From Podarcis vaucheri (lineage: Eukaryota), in assembly GCA_965113315.1 (NCBI GenBank), contig OZ220368.1: a DNA stretch of 64,000 nucleotides, one strand, 5' to 3'. The position numbers and the translations under genes are program-made. Position 1 is the first letter of the stretch; each line of letters opens with the position of its first letter. Below are positions 1 to 13,624 of this stretch, one piece after another. Below the pieces are notes generated by a model. That model saw nothing but the letters and a program-made list of their open reading frames with translations. It ran no database searches and had not been told where the DNA came from.

Positions 1-495
1 CTGGGATGGGATGAAGATGGCCATATTTAAAATTCTGTTTGCATGAAGTTTGTTGAGTGACCTTAGGCTGGTCATACTCTCTGCCAACTGTCCTGTTAAG
101 ATTATTCTACTGTGACCTCCTTGGAAGAACGGTAGAGCCTAAATGTAAAAGAAATTTAGCAGACAACTTGGGGATTGGACAGTTTCTCATGTTTATCCAG
201 GAGTGTCAAGTACTGTAGGTTGCTTAGCAAAAACCTCATGCAGTAGATTGCTGTTGGAAACTTGCTAATCTGCAATATGGAGGTTTCAGAAGGGTGGTGA
301 GTGTCTGTTTCTGCTTGAAACATACGTTGTAGGTATTTTCCACATTTATTATGCTATTTTTGTGATATATAAATGACATGAGAAACTTGGTATACATACT
401 TGTATAACATTGTTTATGAAATCCAAATAATAATAATAATAATAAGCACATATCTGATGCTTACTGTTGCGAAGCCATGTAAGCTTGCTAAAAAT

Positions 496-748
496 CAGGG
501 ATCAGCAACCTTTTTCAGCCGTGGGCCAGTTCACCATCCCTCAGACCATGTGGTGGGCTGGACTATATTTTGGGGGGGGAATGAACAAATTCCTATGCCC
601 CACAAATAACCCAAAGATGCATTTTAAATAAAATCACACATTCTACTCATGTAAAAACACGCTGATTCCCGGACCATCCGCGAACCGGATTGAGAAGGTG
701 ATTGGGCCGCATCCGCCCCCCCCCCCCGCCTTAGGTTGCCTATCCCTG
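496..748. mobile_element. Non-autonomous hAT DNA transposon (MITE)
   Basis: CAGGG...CCCTG termini; 8-bp TSD ctaaaaat/ctaaagat; related copy at 36379. Confidence 0.85.
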
Positions 749-2983
749 CTAAAGATGCTCAAATGGATTCTAGGCAAGGACTTCAGTGATTGGAGGAGGG
801 GCCTTCTGTCTGCTGTTCCCTTAAAGGAGCAGGGCCTTCAGGGTTCCATTCATCCTTTGTTCCATTCTATAGCATCATTCCTTGGCAAATGCAAATTTTG
901 CTCAACAGCCGATTTAGTAACAAAGTCTGCAAAAGGATGCAATTTTTTGTTGACAGTTAAAAGGAAAAAAGATGACAGAACATTTTAGAACAGTAAAACA
1001 AATGCAACACTGTGGTAATAGTTGTTGAGATGTTGCATGACTGCACTGGTTATATGCATTGCAAACACTGGTTTCCCAGACTACGCATATATTTTTTTTG
1101 CCTTAGAACTCTTCTGATTCAGTTTTTTTCCCCTGGCTCAAAACCACCTTGCTCATTGAGCAATCTGTGTAATCGGGTTTCAGAGTAGGGGGGTGGGGGA
1201 AAAGCAGCAGCATTTCCACTGGAAATCTCTCCTCTTGGTGAGCAAAGCTGGCATTGTTTCGAAGATCGTGCTTTGAAGGAGGGGTGCGTCAGTTGGTTCC
1301 TTTTGCCCTACATCAAACAATGTGATGTGTCATATGGAAAATCTGCTCATTGTGTATGGGGGTGTCTTGGCACTTCCAAACGCGGTAGAGCTAATGCCGA
1401 ATTTGGCAGTGTGTATAATTCTCTCCACCCCCCACCCCTGTTCTTACAGCTTCTTTGAAAGATCCTTTCTGGCAATACCAGCCAGAGCTGTTTCTGTGCT
1501 GATGCCCAAGCTAGGATTTTATGAGAAACAGGTTTCTCTTTGTTCAGGATGTTGCATAGGTGTGAGGCTTATTTTAGGGTAAGGTGTAGGCTGCAGCAAA
1601 GATATACTTTCTTTACAGCTGGAAAAACCTGTCTCTAGTTCTCCTTCAGTGCTGGTTGTCTTGTGAGAAGAACTAAATCACATTCTGTTAAAAAAAGCAT
1701 GATGACAGTGGGTGTGGGGAAACCCAAAGGAATAGACACAAACCCTAGGATAGTGAGAGCTGTAACATGAAATAAAATGTATGCCTGGAGAATGTGCTAA
1801 ACCATCGTCAGAAGTGAAAACTGTTTCTTTAAAATGGAATGTTTTCACTACATAACATGCTCAAATGTTTGAATTAGGAGAATATTTTGTTTACCATTAA
1901 GAAAATAAGTTGGTTTTCAAGTTACACAAACTTGCCCATAAATTTTGAATATCCAAAGCGGCAGGACACAAATGCTGGACTTTCTCTGTTCAAGTTCCTC
2001 AAACTTGTCCCTCCTGACTTGGAATGGAACTTTTATTTTATTGAGCCATGCACTTGGCCTAGGTTATAATTTCAATATATTGCAATGTCACTGAGGGAAT
2101 GGAATGGAATGAAAGAAATGTCTTGGGCATGTTTCCCAAACTTGAAATTATGATGCTGGATCCCTCTCATTTAAACAAAACTTGGAAGCCCATGAAATAT
2201 TTGAGTTGATTATTGAGTCTGTTCTTTAGCACCATGGTTGAGATATTACTGTGCTTAAGTGGCTATGACCATGTTTTGAAGTAGTCCATCCTTAAAGGAC
2301 TTGAAGGGTGAGTTCACATTAGTTCTTGCCATCTGGCTGGGTTCCTGTTTTGGTATACTTTGCCTGAGGTGCTAAGGCAGTGATCTCAGGCATATGTTAG
2401 ATGTTTCTCACACTTCAGGTTAGAATGCTGTTAGTCATGCGGCAATTGCATTTTCTGTGATCTCATCCTACTTAGATCTGAATTGGATCCCGTCCTAATC
2501 CTGTATCCTTGCTTTTTGTGGTCTTGATGTGTCTAGTTCTAGTTTTAGGCGAAGATCTGAGAGAATGCTAAATATGTTGAAAGCAGCAGGCACATGAACC
2601 TCAGTCCAAAGTCCAACCATTGACAAGCATCAGACCTCCAGGGTCTCTAGCAAAAAATGGTCTTTCCACTACCACTTCTGAGCCTTTTAACTGGAGATTT
2701 TCTGTATATACAGCATATGCTGTACAACCAACCTTCTGAACTAAGGACTCCTCTTCTGATACCCATTACGCATGAATAAAAGCCGGCAGTTCTTCCAGTA
2801 ACTAGTGATATCTTAAAAGAAGAGTCTTAAAATTTATCCTCAACTAGTGTTTTGTGTTGACTTAGTTTTGGTGGCAAATACAGTCCTAGCACTTGGGCTG
2901 AAGACCACAGTTCCCCTATATTTAAGAAGTCAAATTGATGGTACAGGTGCCAGGGGGAAATGAGACCCGAGATGCTTCCATGA

Positions 2984-3193
<210 letters not shown>

Positions 3194-3249
3194 TGAGGGT
3201 AGCTGGGGTGTTGGCCATATCCCTAGCTACCAGCTCTTAAACTTTCTGA

Positions 3250-3492
<243 letters not shown>

Positions 3493-4647
3493 TAGAACCT
3501 GTAGAATGGTTTGCACTGAACAACAGGCCTCTGCCTATACTAGATATATCACCCACTGGATGCTTCCCATGGGTACAATGGATGAAAGTATGGTTTTCTG
3601 TCATGATTAGACATGGTAGGAAAAGGTGGGATATATTACTGCAGCACAGGGAGTTGCTGGGTTAGAATGCCTCTTATTGTGTCAAAGAAGTAGGACCAGT
3701 AATAGTGGCAATTAGTTCTGCTGTCAGACATTTCCCAGGAGTGCTGGGGACCATGTAGGTCAGGCAGACCTCTTTCAGCATCCTTGGGAATGTAGGAATG
3801 TTCACAGGCAGGTTTCCTTACCGATACTGAATTGGCACATTTGCTGTTTGCCATTTGATACTCCTGCTTTGCATGATACAGCGCCACAAATGCTTGCATA
3901 AGAATCTGTCATACAGGTGCCCTTGGCATGGAAGCTGCAGCTGCCATGCATAATAGTCATGCTATTTTAGCTGCTTGTTCTCTGTTTGCAGTTCAAACCC
4001 CTGTAAACACAGTAAGTCAGCCACTGGCATCTTAATGGCTTTGGCTGCTCTGGGATAGATCAAACTTGATATAAAACTGCCCTGCGAGGATTACTTGTTG
4101 GAATAGTGCTTGTATAGAAGGAATTGGGATCGGATCCAGGATTTCACACAGGAACTTCATTTTGCTAAAACAGAACTGGTTATTGCTGTCTAGAGGCTTT
4201 TCTCGGTGCACTTCAGTTGCATTTCTTAATGTTTAATAGAGTTCGTTTATCTTCATTTGGCTTGCTTGTAAGCCTTGCATGATTAAATCTGCAGTCTTCA
4301 CATCCATTTTGGAATAACTGTTGGGAGAGGTCTAGTAATTCCCCTTGGACTCATGACCAGCCTCGTGTATAAAGGGCACATTGTAGCAAATCTTGGAATC
4401 TTTGTGATTAGACCCTGAAAAGAGATTTAATTTGAGAGAAACCATAAAACATGAATACGCATCCCTAGCTGGATTCAGAGGTTTAGGATGGGAGAAGGAG
4501 GAGAATCTGATAGTGGAAGACAAGTGTGTGAGAGTTTTGGAATACTTGTCCAAACCACTATTTTGAACCTGAGAGGAGGTTGGCTTAGCATTGTCCAGTG
4601 AGCTTCATGGCCGAGGAGTCCTTTGAATATGGTGCTTCCAATACTAA

Positions 4648-4950
<303 letters not shown>

Positions 4951-5070
4951 TAACCTTCTAATCTTCTTGTATCTTAGAAACTTGCATTTTAAAAATACAA
5001 AAACTGGGTTTCTAGATACCTATTCAGGAAATGCTGCTCTGCGGGGAATAAGCACAGCTTTGTCTCCTAG

Positions 5071-5232
<162 letters not shown>

Positions 5233-6304
5233 TAGGTGGCTTGATGTTCTGTATGTTGCCTGGATCACTTTCGTATGCTCTTTCGTTGTTGAATGTTGCC
5301 CTAGCTTACTCCAGAGCAAAGAGGTTCTCTTATGTGTCTCCTTGGCCTGTTTATCCCACCACACACACCCCTTTGCAGCTGTGTGCGTTTGGGGAAGGGG
5401 GAATTGGAGCACAACAGGGACACTGGACTTGAAATACTCCTTTGCTTCAGCCTGGAACTTGGTGGTGAAAGGAACAAAGCAGTTACTGTGTGTGCAGTTC
5501 TGTCTAAGGCAGAAGCCTCATGTTTGCACAGCAGAGAGAAACAATGCCCAACCTTATATTGGATTTCTGCCTCATGCAAAGTGTTGGTTGCTGCTGTAAC
5601 TGCGATGGGCAAGCATACAGCGTAGAAAGGAGTTATGGATGGGGAAGGGTTCTTACACACAACAGGGTAGCAGTGAGTGGGTATAGGTGCAAGGGACAGC
5701 CGAGTCAGTACTATTGTGGTTCTAGTCAGAAAGATGTGTCTGAGGCTACAGGGAGGCTCACGCAGCAAAGTAGTATGGTGTTGGTTGATTCATTCACATG
5801 TTGCAGGGGCACCAGGGGGCTGGAAAAGGGGCTACAGTGAGATGCACCAGTCAGAGCCTTGGCTGCAGCCTTGAAAACTGGCAGAATGATCTTGTCAGAT
5901 CAGGGTTTTTATTATCTACTTGATCAGCTGTGATCCTATTGTAGTAAAATAAACCTTATTCACTGTTTGCTTCGAGTTAAGAAACTATAATCCAGCCTGT
6001 ACTATTGCAAAAGAGGACGCCCAACGTCTGACAGTAGAACTCTTTAAAAAAGGGAAAAAAGAGACCTTTTTAAAATAGGGTTCTGTGGTTAATTGAAACG
6101 CATGTTGTAACTTTCCCCAGGTACATGTTTACTCAGCTTAAATCTTTGCAGTAGGAAGTGAATCTGAGAGGATGTTGTGAAAGTGGTATTTCTGTAGTAA
6201 CTTCGGTGAGGTTGGCGTGGCTTGGCATGGTCTATGGTAGAAGATCTTAAGATGTCACAGACGAAGCTGCCCTGAGCCAGACCACTTGTCCATGATAGCC
6301 AAGG

Positions 6305-6583
<279 letters not shown>

Positions 6584-6719
6584 TAAGTCCAAAGCACGTT
6601 TCCCCCCTGCTGAAGGCTTCTTGCAGGCCTTTTTCAGTGCTGCAACTTCTTGGCTTTTTAGTTCTTTTTGTATAGCTAAATGGGAGGGAGCAGGATTCTT
6701 TGGCCAGCATGTTCTAGCA

Positions 6720-6857
6720 CAGTGGTTCTCAACCTGTGGGTCCCCAGATGTTGTTGGACTACAACTCCCATCACCCCTAAGCTCTGGCCTTGCTAGCTAG
6801 GGGTGATGGGAGTTGTAGTCCAACAACATCTGGGGACCCGCAGGTTGAGAAAGGCTG
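6720..6857. mobile_element. Palindromic hAT (Charlie/SPIN-like) MITE
   Basis: CAGTGGTTCTCAACCTGTGGGTCCCCAGATGTTGTTGGACTACAACTCCCATCACCCCT arm with a near-perfect inverted arm; CTAG-containing flanks. Confidence 0.88.
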
Positions 6858-8271
6858 CCTAGTACAACTTAAAGCTTGTTGAAGATTAAGTACAAAAAAT
6901 AATAGGCTACAAGCAAAAGCTTGGAGTGGGCGGCAAATGCAAGAACCCTAAAGAGAAGCTGTGATGAAATTAAATGCATGAAGCATGGAGTCTGCATGCA
7001 GCCAAGCAGCCTAAATTCCAGCTGTTGACACCTTGCTTCAAACAAAGGATTCCTCTTCTCAAAAAATGTTTAGCATCTTGATGGCTTTGTGGGGGAAATT
7101 GTTAGTTAGCCACAGAGCACCACTGCATATCCCTCTGTCTGGGGCTCTAAACAGAGAGGTGGTAATTGAAGTCGGGGTTATTGGAGATTGGTGGAATGAG
7201 GAATCAGTTTGCTCAAGTATATTGGGATCAAATCGCAAACAGCTTTGTAGGGTTCCTTGCTAAGTGCTTATTGCCTCCCTATTGCTTCTTACAAATGCTG
7301 AAGCGCTTGTGTCAGCTTGACAGCGTAGCGCACCATGCTCTGCGCTAGATGAAGCTCACAAACACCGAGGGCATCTTAAGAGGGAAAGTAGCGGTTGAAG
7401 CTTTTCAGTGGTTGATAAAGCTGAGGGCTTTGCCAATTTATTTTAAGTGCTCTTGGCTATGATAGTAGTGTGGAATTCAGGCTACCTATTGGATCCCCTG
7501 AGCAATGGAAGTATCAGTCTGAGTATTACATAAATGCTTGTATGCTGAGCATATGTTGCTAGCATAGCTTGACTGCAACTAGACCCATAAAGCTTTGCCC
7601 AAAATGACTGCTTAAATGTATTTCTGGGCCATATATAAGATGGCCTATTTTAAGGACAAATCTGTTTATTTTATGAAACTCAAAACACCACAAAGCTGCT
7701 GCTAATCTTCCACAATCTTATTGACAATTTCATTAGAACAAATGGAAAAAGTGGCTGGCCTGTGGTTCACAGCTGGCTATTTGGCTCAGGTGCTATTCGG
7801 CTGCTTTCCGGAGTGTCGTCTTAAAAAAATAGTTTGTGCCTTCAGTTGTCTTTGCCCTGGTTAGCCACAGCTTCCTGTTAAGTTTTCACAGCGCAGTAAA
7901 TGGAAATTTTTATCTTGAGTGCTGGGGGGTGAGGGAAGAGTAGCCTTGAACCGGGTGACTGCAAAGGGGAGATCCCTCCTTCTCTCCTTTTCCCAGTTTT
8001 CAGCTATGCACAGCACCTCTTCTAGAGAGGCTTGGCTTGCTAGCTCTGATCACATGGAAGGGCTGTCACTGGCTCTCCGGATGTGCCTCCGGTCTGCGAG
8101 CACCTGAAGCGACAGCAGTGTCTTATGAGCTTCATTACAGGGAGCACTTAACTGGGTGTTGCCGCCTGTCAGACTTCCTCCAGAGTTGTTGCTGAGTCAT
8201 GTGCTCAGGGAGGCTGCCAAGGGCAGGCTGCTAGGCCAGAACTATTTTTGAGTCTCCTCAGCACTGAGTGA

Positions 8272-8571
<300 letters not shown>

Positions 8572-8987
8572 TAGTAAGCTAGGCTACACAACATGCTTTA
8601 AGGTGAGAAGTGGTGATGTCTCTTTCTTGGGGTGATAACTTCTTCCTATTCATATGGAGTCCATGACTGGGCAGAATGGCAGTGTTCTGTTAATATGGGT
8701 GTTAGCTCCTGGGATCCTGCCTGGATTGCAATTTAGATAATTACATCTTGCTTCTAATTATCGCTTAACAATCCTCAGATATCTTTGCTCTATGCTGCCT
8801 GGTTATTATTATGCCCTTTCCAAGGGTGCATGTCATTTAGAGGACTTGCACAACTTGTGAATGTGGCCAAATCCTGTCGACTGGCAATAGGGCCTTGAAG
8901 AAGAAGCTGTCATTGGTCCAGTATATTGTGTACAGTCTGTTCTGATGCATAGCTCAGCTTCGCTAATTAGTTTCCTCAACTTTCAAG

Positions 8988-9114
8988 GGATACACGCCTG
9001 ATAAGCTCCCACCCAGCAGCTGTGTGATGGTGCCAGAACTGAACCCCCCCAACCCTGCCAGGAGCCTGTTTGTAAAGGTCACAAAGACTCTCTTTGGGAA
9101 AAGGAAGTCAAAAG
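8988..9114 (+). CDS. PLK3: PLK3 exon 8
   Basis: ttcaag|GGA (AAG acceptor) ... G|gtaagt; GYTPDKLPPSSCVMVPELNPPNPARSLFVKVTKTLFGKRKSK; 127 bp. Confidence 0.94.
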
Positions 9115-9627
9115 GTAAGTTGCACGTTGACCTCTTGTTCTGGGAACTGACTGTAGCCCCTGTGAAAACTTATGCTCACACTTCTGCCTAATAAGAGCCC
9201 TGCTCAGTCACCTAGCTCAGTGTTTGGTTCTTGCCAAGGCTACAATATGCCTTTGGGAAGCACACAAGCAAGGCGTGAGGCCAATAGCAACATGTTGGTC
9301 CTGCCTGGAGGTAGCCACTAGTTTTCCCTTGATGCTTCATCCGCAGGATTGGGAAACTGGGAAATACTAGGATTGGCAACAAACTGTAGACACTGCAGCC
9401 CTTCACCACCTGATGCATAGAATAGAAAAATATGGGGAAAGGAGGCTTGCCACTTGGAACCTTAAATAAACACTAAGTGGCCAAGCTAGAGCAACCCCTA
9501 GAACTCCCATGTCAGTCCCCAACCCCCAATGTATGTACTTGACAGAGTCTACTTTAAGCAATATCTGCAGCCCTGTCCTGTTGACTTTGTGTTAGGATCT
9601 TATTAACTCATATTCTTCTTACTTTAG

Positions 9628-9737
9628 TTAAGAAGGCTCCTTCAGAAGAGAGAGATGATATCTCCAAGCTGGTAACAGGCCTTGTGAAGACCTCCATCTG
9701 TAGGCAACTGAGCCACAAAACTGTCGAAGGGAATGAG
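9628..9737 (+). CDS. PLK3: PLK3 exon 9 (interdomain linker)
   Basis: ctttag|TT ... GAG|gtatac; (V)KKAPSEERDDISKLVTGLVKTSICRQLSHKTVEGNE; phases match flanking exons; 110 bp. Confidence 0.88.
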
Positions 9738-9845
9738 GTATACTAACTGCAGGAACTTGGCTGTTCAGTTGTGGCTTTCAGAGGAAGGAAAGAGAAACAA
9801 GGAAGTTACCCTGCTATGTGCTGATCAGACTTTCTGCCTCCTTAG

Positions 9846-9966
9846 GTCACTCCTTTGAATGGTCAGAGTCCCGGCTCTAGCCCAGTAGATACGGTAGCAG
9901 AGGAAGGCTCACAGAAATCTATCTCCAGGTCTATTCGTGGGACGATGGCTAGCAGCAGCTGTGAAG
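9846..9966 (+). CDS. PLK3: PLK3 exon 10 (interdomain linker)
   Basis: ccttag|GTC ... G|gtgaga; VTPLNGQSPGSSPVDTVAEEGSQKSISRSIRGTMASSSCE, resembling mammalian RGTLASS; 121 bp. Confidence 0.88.
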
Positions 9967-10391
9967 GTGAGAAGTGGCAATGTCTCAATTAGCAGTTCCT
10001 CCTTAACAGTGTATTTTGGTCAGATGGAATCTGCTGTCTGTCAGGACTAGTCCCTGTGTGGTAGAGGGCCTTCAAGAGCAAAGCAGAGGAGCACTTCATC
10101 GTGGACAGTAGTGCCAACAAGCAGTTTAAGTCTTGAGCAGACTGACTCTGAACTGGCAGGTTCAGTCTCACAATGCCTATCAGTCATCAAAACTGAACAA
10201 CCAATCTATTCTTAGAGGCGGGGTAACTCTGGATACTGGAGACAATTGGGGAGGGCCATTGCTGTCACATCCTCCATTGTTTCTGAAAAAATTCATTTCT
10301 GCTCATGGTTAGATAATGAATTCTATTCTGGGTTCGATGGCCTTTTGGCTGGGTCCTGCAGGTCTTAATGTTAGAAGTGGCTTAATTTGAG

Positions 10392-10497
10392 GGTGCGAAA
10401 GCTGTGGCCCTGCAGAGGTTGTTGGGCCCCAACTTCTTTCAGCCCCAGACTGCATAGCCAGTGGTTGGAGATGATGAGAGTTGTAATCCAGCAACAG
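10392..10497. mobile_element. Degenerate palindromic hAT MITE
   Basis: Diverged match to the 6720/29202 arms (tgtggccctgcagaggttgttgg ... gatgagagttgtaatccagcaaca); boundaries approximate. Confidence 0.55.
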
Positions 10498-10651
10498 GGG
10501 GGCAAGGGGTCAACAAGTTCTTCAGCCTTTCTCTTCCCACTCCCGTTTGAATTTTGAGCTTTGGGAGCAGAAAATCTCTTGAGCTTGGCCCATGTAAGCT
10601 GATTTTGTAAAAACTTAACCGTCTTCTTCCCCTCTTTCCCCCACCCACTAG

Positions 10652-10735
10652 TATTTGAAGACTGTGTCACAGCATCATCTGTCATTGAGTCAGCCATTGG
10701 TCTTCTGAAGAACTGTCTATCTGTCATGCCACCAG
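10652..10735 (+). CDS. PLK3: PLK3 exon 11 (Polo-cap)
   Basis: cactag|TA ... G|gtaact; (V)FEDCVTASSVIESAIGLLKNCLSVMPP; 84 bp. Confidence 0.93.
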
Positions 10736-11185
10736 GTAACTTAAGCTTCAGGGAGTATCACAACCCCTGGGATGGTTGGAGACAAATGGAAGAACTGTTG
10801 TCTTGGATGCTGATATTAGGGAGGAGAAGCAGGAGAGGTGCAACCCTAGTTCCTCTAACCTGCTAAAGAGGCTTTTAAAATCAGCCTCCCTGGGTCTCGG
10901 TAACCTGATATTTGTTGTCATCCAGAATAAGGGCCACCTCCTTTTAGGTAGAATCCTGATGGAGTGCAGAAACTAAGGGGTGGTGTGTGTGTCCATCTAC
11001 CTATTTATCTAGATAAATGGTAATCCAATGATTAATTTGCAACATCTGGGGGTAGGAAAGATGAGACTGATTCTGTTCCTATCCCAAGCATGACCTCTCT
11101 TCTTTCAACCTCATTTCAGTACCACTTTTGAAATAGGTTTGAACCTATTACCTTTATTTAATGAGTACCTTTCTTCCCTGTCCAG

Positions 11186-11348
11186 CTGAGAGGAATCCTG
11201 CTTCCCTGGCTTGCCATGAGCACTTTGTCTGGGTGAGCAAGTGGGTGGACTATTCCAATAAGTATGGTTTCGGCTATCAGCTCTCCAACCACAGCATTGG
11301 TGTCCTCTTCAACGATGGAACTCATATGGCCCTCTCTGCCAACTGGAA
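11186..11348 (+). CDS. PLK3: PLK3 exon 12 (Polo-box 1)
   Basis: gtccag|CT ... AA|gtgagt; [53 protein letters not shown](K); 163 bp. Confidence 0.97.
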
Positions 11349-11988
11349 GTGAGTGGAAGAAATGGACTTCCTGCAGGGTTTTGAGGTTGGGAAGTGTGGA
11401 AGTGTAGTCATGGCCTACCTTGACTAGGTCCTACTTAGCCACCTTCTGGTGTGGTGAGGGGGACTGCAAGATATTGTATGGATCAAATTCTTGAGTAACC
11501 CACAAGCATGGAGCATGGGAGAAGGGGCTTCCCTTGCTTGGAGCAAGGCTAGAGGACTAGATTGTGGGAGGAGTTGAACATTGTGCTAAAGCAAGTATTC
11601 TTTTAGTGTGCCAGGCAGAATGACCTCCCTTCTCCCTGTGTGTTCTGGGGTTTCTACCAACCCCTGCCCCCGAGTAGATTGAGGAGGAGAGGAGGGCAAG
11701 TCCAGTTTGCAATAGCAGGCACCCTTGCACTGGTTCCAGCTAGCTGAATGCACTTAGTTGAATCAGACCCTATCTTTATGATCTTATGGTGGTGGGGACA
11801 GTCTGTGTTTGCCCACTTGGGGGTTTGTCTTGGGATGATCCAAAAGGTCTGATTCAATAAGGAACAGACAACCTTTAAGGGTATGGTTTTTTTGGAGCAT
11901 AGCAGATAGACCACTTTCATAAACTGAAACTAAAGTTTTATGACTACAATCTGGCTACTGCAGCTAACTGCATTCTCTTTCCCTTCAG

Positions 11989-12118
11989 GAAAGTGCATTA
12001 CAACCTGACAAACAGCAAGCATTTCTCCTTCCCGGCTTCAGCTGTCCCTGAGCAGCTGCAGGGGCAGATGGGTGTCCTGCAGTACTTTGCCTCATATATG
12101 GAACAGCATCTAATGAAG
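11989..12118 (+). CDS. PLK3: PLK3 exon 13 (Polo-box 1 end)
   Basis: cttcag|G ... AAG|gtgagc; KVHYNLTNSKHFSFPASAVPEQLQGQMGVLQYFASYMEQHLMK; 130 bp. Confidence 0.96.
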
Positions 12119-12716
12119 GTGAGCAGCTGCCTGGCTTGACATAGTTGGTATGTGTGTACAGAGTTAGTTGCATTGGCTTGCTGACGACTCAGCTCGATGC
12201 AGAAAACACGAGTTGTGTTTTTGCAGAGGACAATCCCCCCTTGCTCTCAAGTATGTTTGACCATATTCAAGGTTCATAGGAAGAGCCTCCCTTGAGGTCT
12301 TGTGGGATACACCTGAAAGCACTAAAGCTTTCATCATATTGGCCAAACTTTGGTTCGTGGCTCCAAACACCAAAGCATGTATTTGATGGGCTCTTTACTG
12401 CCGGATTCTGCACTCCTAGTTGCCTTGCCATGCCTGCTCACATCTTTGACTACTTCATGTACTCAAAGTCTCGATTGGTGGATGGAGTAGGACTTCCTTT
12501 CCCAAAGCAGAGATGATCCATTAAATGGATGTGCTAATTCATGTTCCTTGAATTTGGCTGGTACTTATCTTCTCCTTTGGCTTGGCAGTAGTGTTAGGGA
12601 TAAAGTTATACAGAAAAACAACTGCTAGGACTAAGCCAGTCATGTGGTGCCAATGATTCTCTAATTTCTCTTTTTTCTTCCCTTCTCTCCATCCCCCCCC
12701 CTCCAAAAAATCCCAG

Positions 12717-12827
12717 GGAGGAGACTTACCCAGCATAGATGAGACTGGACAGGTTCCACTGTTGCTTCTACAATGGGTGAAGACTAATCAAGCCTTATTG
12801 ATGCTTTTTAGCAATGGAACCTTTCAG
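12717..12827 (+). CDS. PLK3: PLK3 exon 14 (Polo-box 2 start)
   Basis: tcccag|GGA ... CAG|gtaatg; GGDLPSIDETGQVPLLLLQWVKTNQALLMLFSNGTFQ; 111 bp. Confidence 0.96.
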
Positions 12828-13429
12828 GTAATGATGGCACCAAGTCTTTTTAGCAGATTACGTAGGCCCTATGTCCTACCTGTTGATGGAGGTGGCACAT
12901 GCTGGTGTTTCATATCCATACCTCAGCTCAGTTGCTATAACTATTGTGTGGGGTATAATCTGAAGTGTTGCCTTTTGCTTTGGAAAGAAGCTTTCTGTGG
13001 AGTGCTTCTGAGAATGTGGATGCTAAGCTGAAAGTAGATGCTGGGCTTTCTGCTTTGTAGAGCACATTCAGTTTGTTATGGTTACTCTGCTATTTTTGAG
13101 TAGCAGCTGGTGTCTTGAAATTATGAATTCTAACACATTTCAAAGCACCTGTACAAATACTGAAACCTATCTGATTCCCATAGGCCCTTTTCTAAATCTG
13201 GATTCCTATCCCTTCAGCAGTTTGCCCTTTGTTTCCACTTAGATGGAGATGTCTGTGGTGGGGGCATAAAACGACCCTCCATATTAAGGCTATGCTAGCA
13301 GATACCTAGGTGCAGGCTGTGGTTGATGGCTAAACCCAATTGAGTTGGGAGTCCCAAAGGGTAAGGAGTGCTACACAGAAAGAGGCACAAGTATTAAATG
13401 TCTGTTGTGTTCCATCTCCTTTATTCTAG

Positions 13430-13624
13430 GTGAACTTCTACAATGATCATACCAAGGTGATTTTCAGCAAACCTGACCACACCTGCCTCCTCACCTACAT
13501 AAACCGTGACAGGAATTCCTACACCTACAAGCTCAGCAGCATTGCAGAACTTGGCTGTTCACCGGAGCTCCAGCGTAGGCTCAAATATATCCTCAAGCTG
13601 CTTCAACAGCGAGTGGAAGCATAA
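13430..13624 (+). CDS. PLK3: PLK3 exon 15, coding part (Polo-box 2, DHTK pincer, stop)
   Basis: ttctag|GTG; VNFYNDHTKVIFSKPDHTCLLTYINRDRNSYTYKLSSIAELGCSPELQRRLKYILKLLQQRVEA-TAA. Confidence 0.96.
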   Translation: MNFYNDHTKVIFSKPDHTCLLTYINRDRNSYTYKLSSIAELGCSPELQRRLKYILKLLQQRVEA

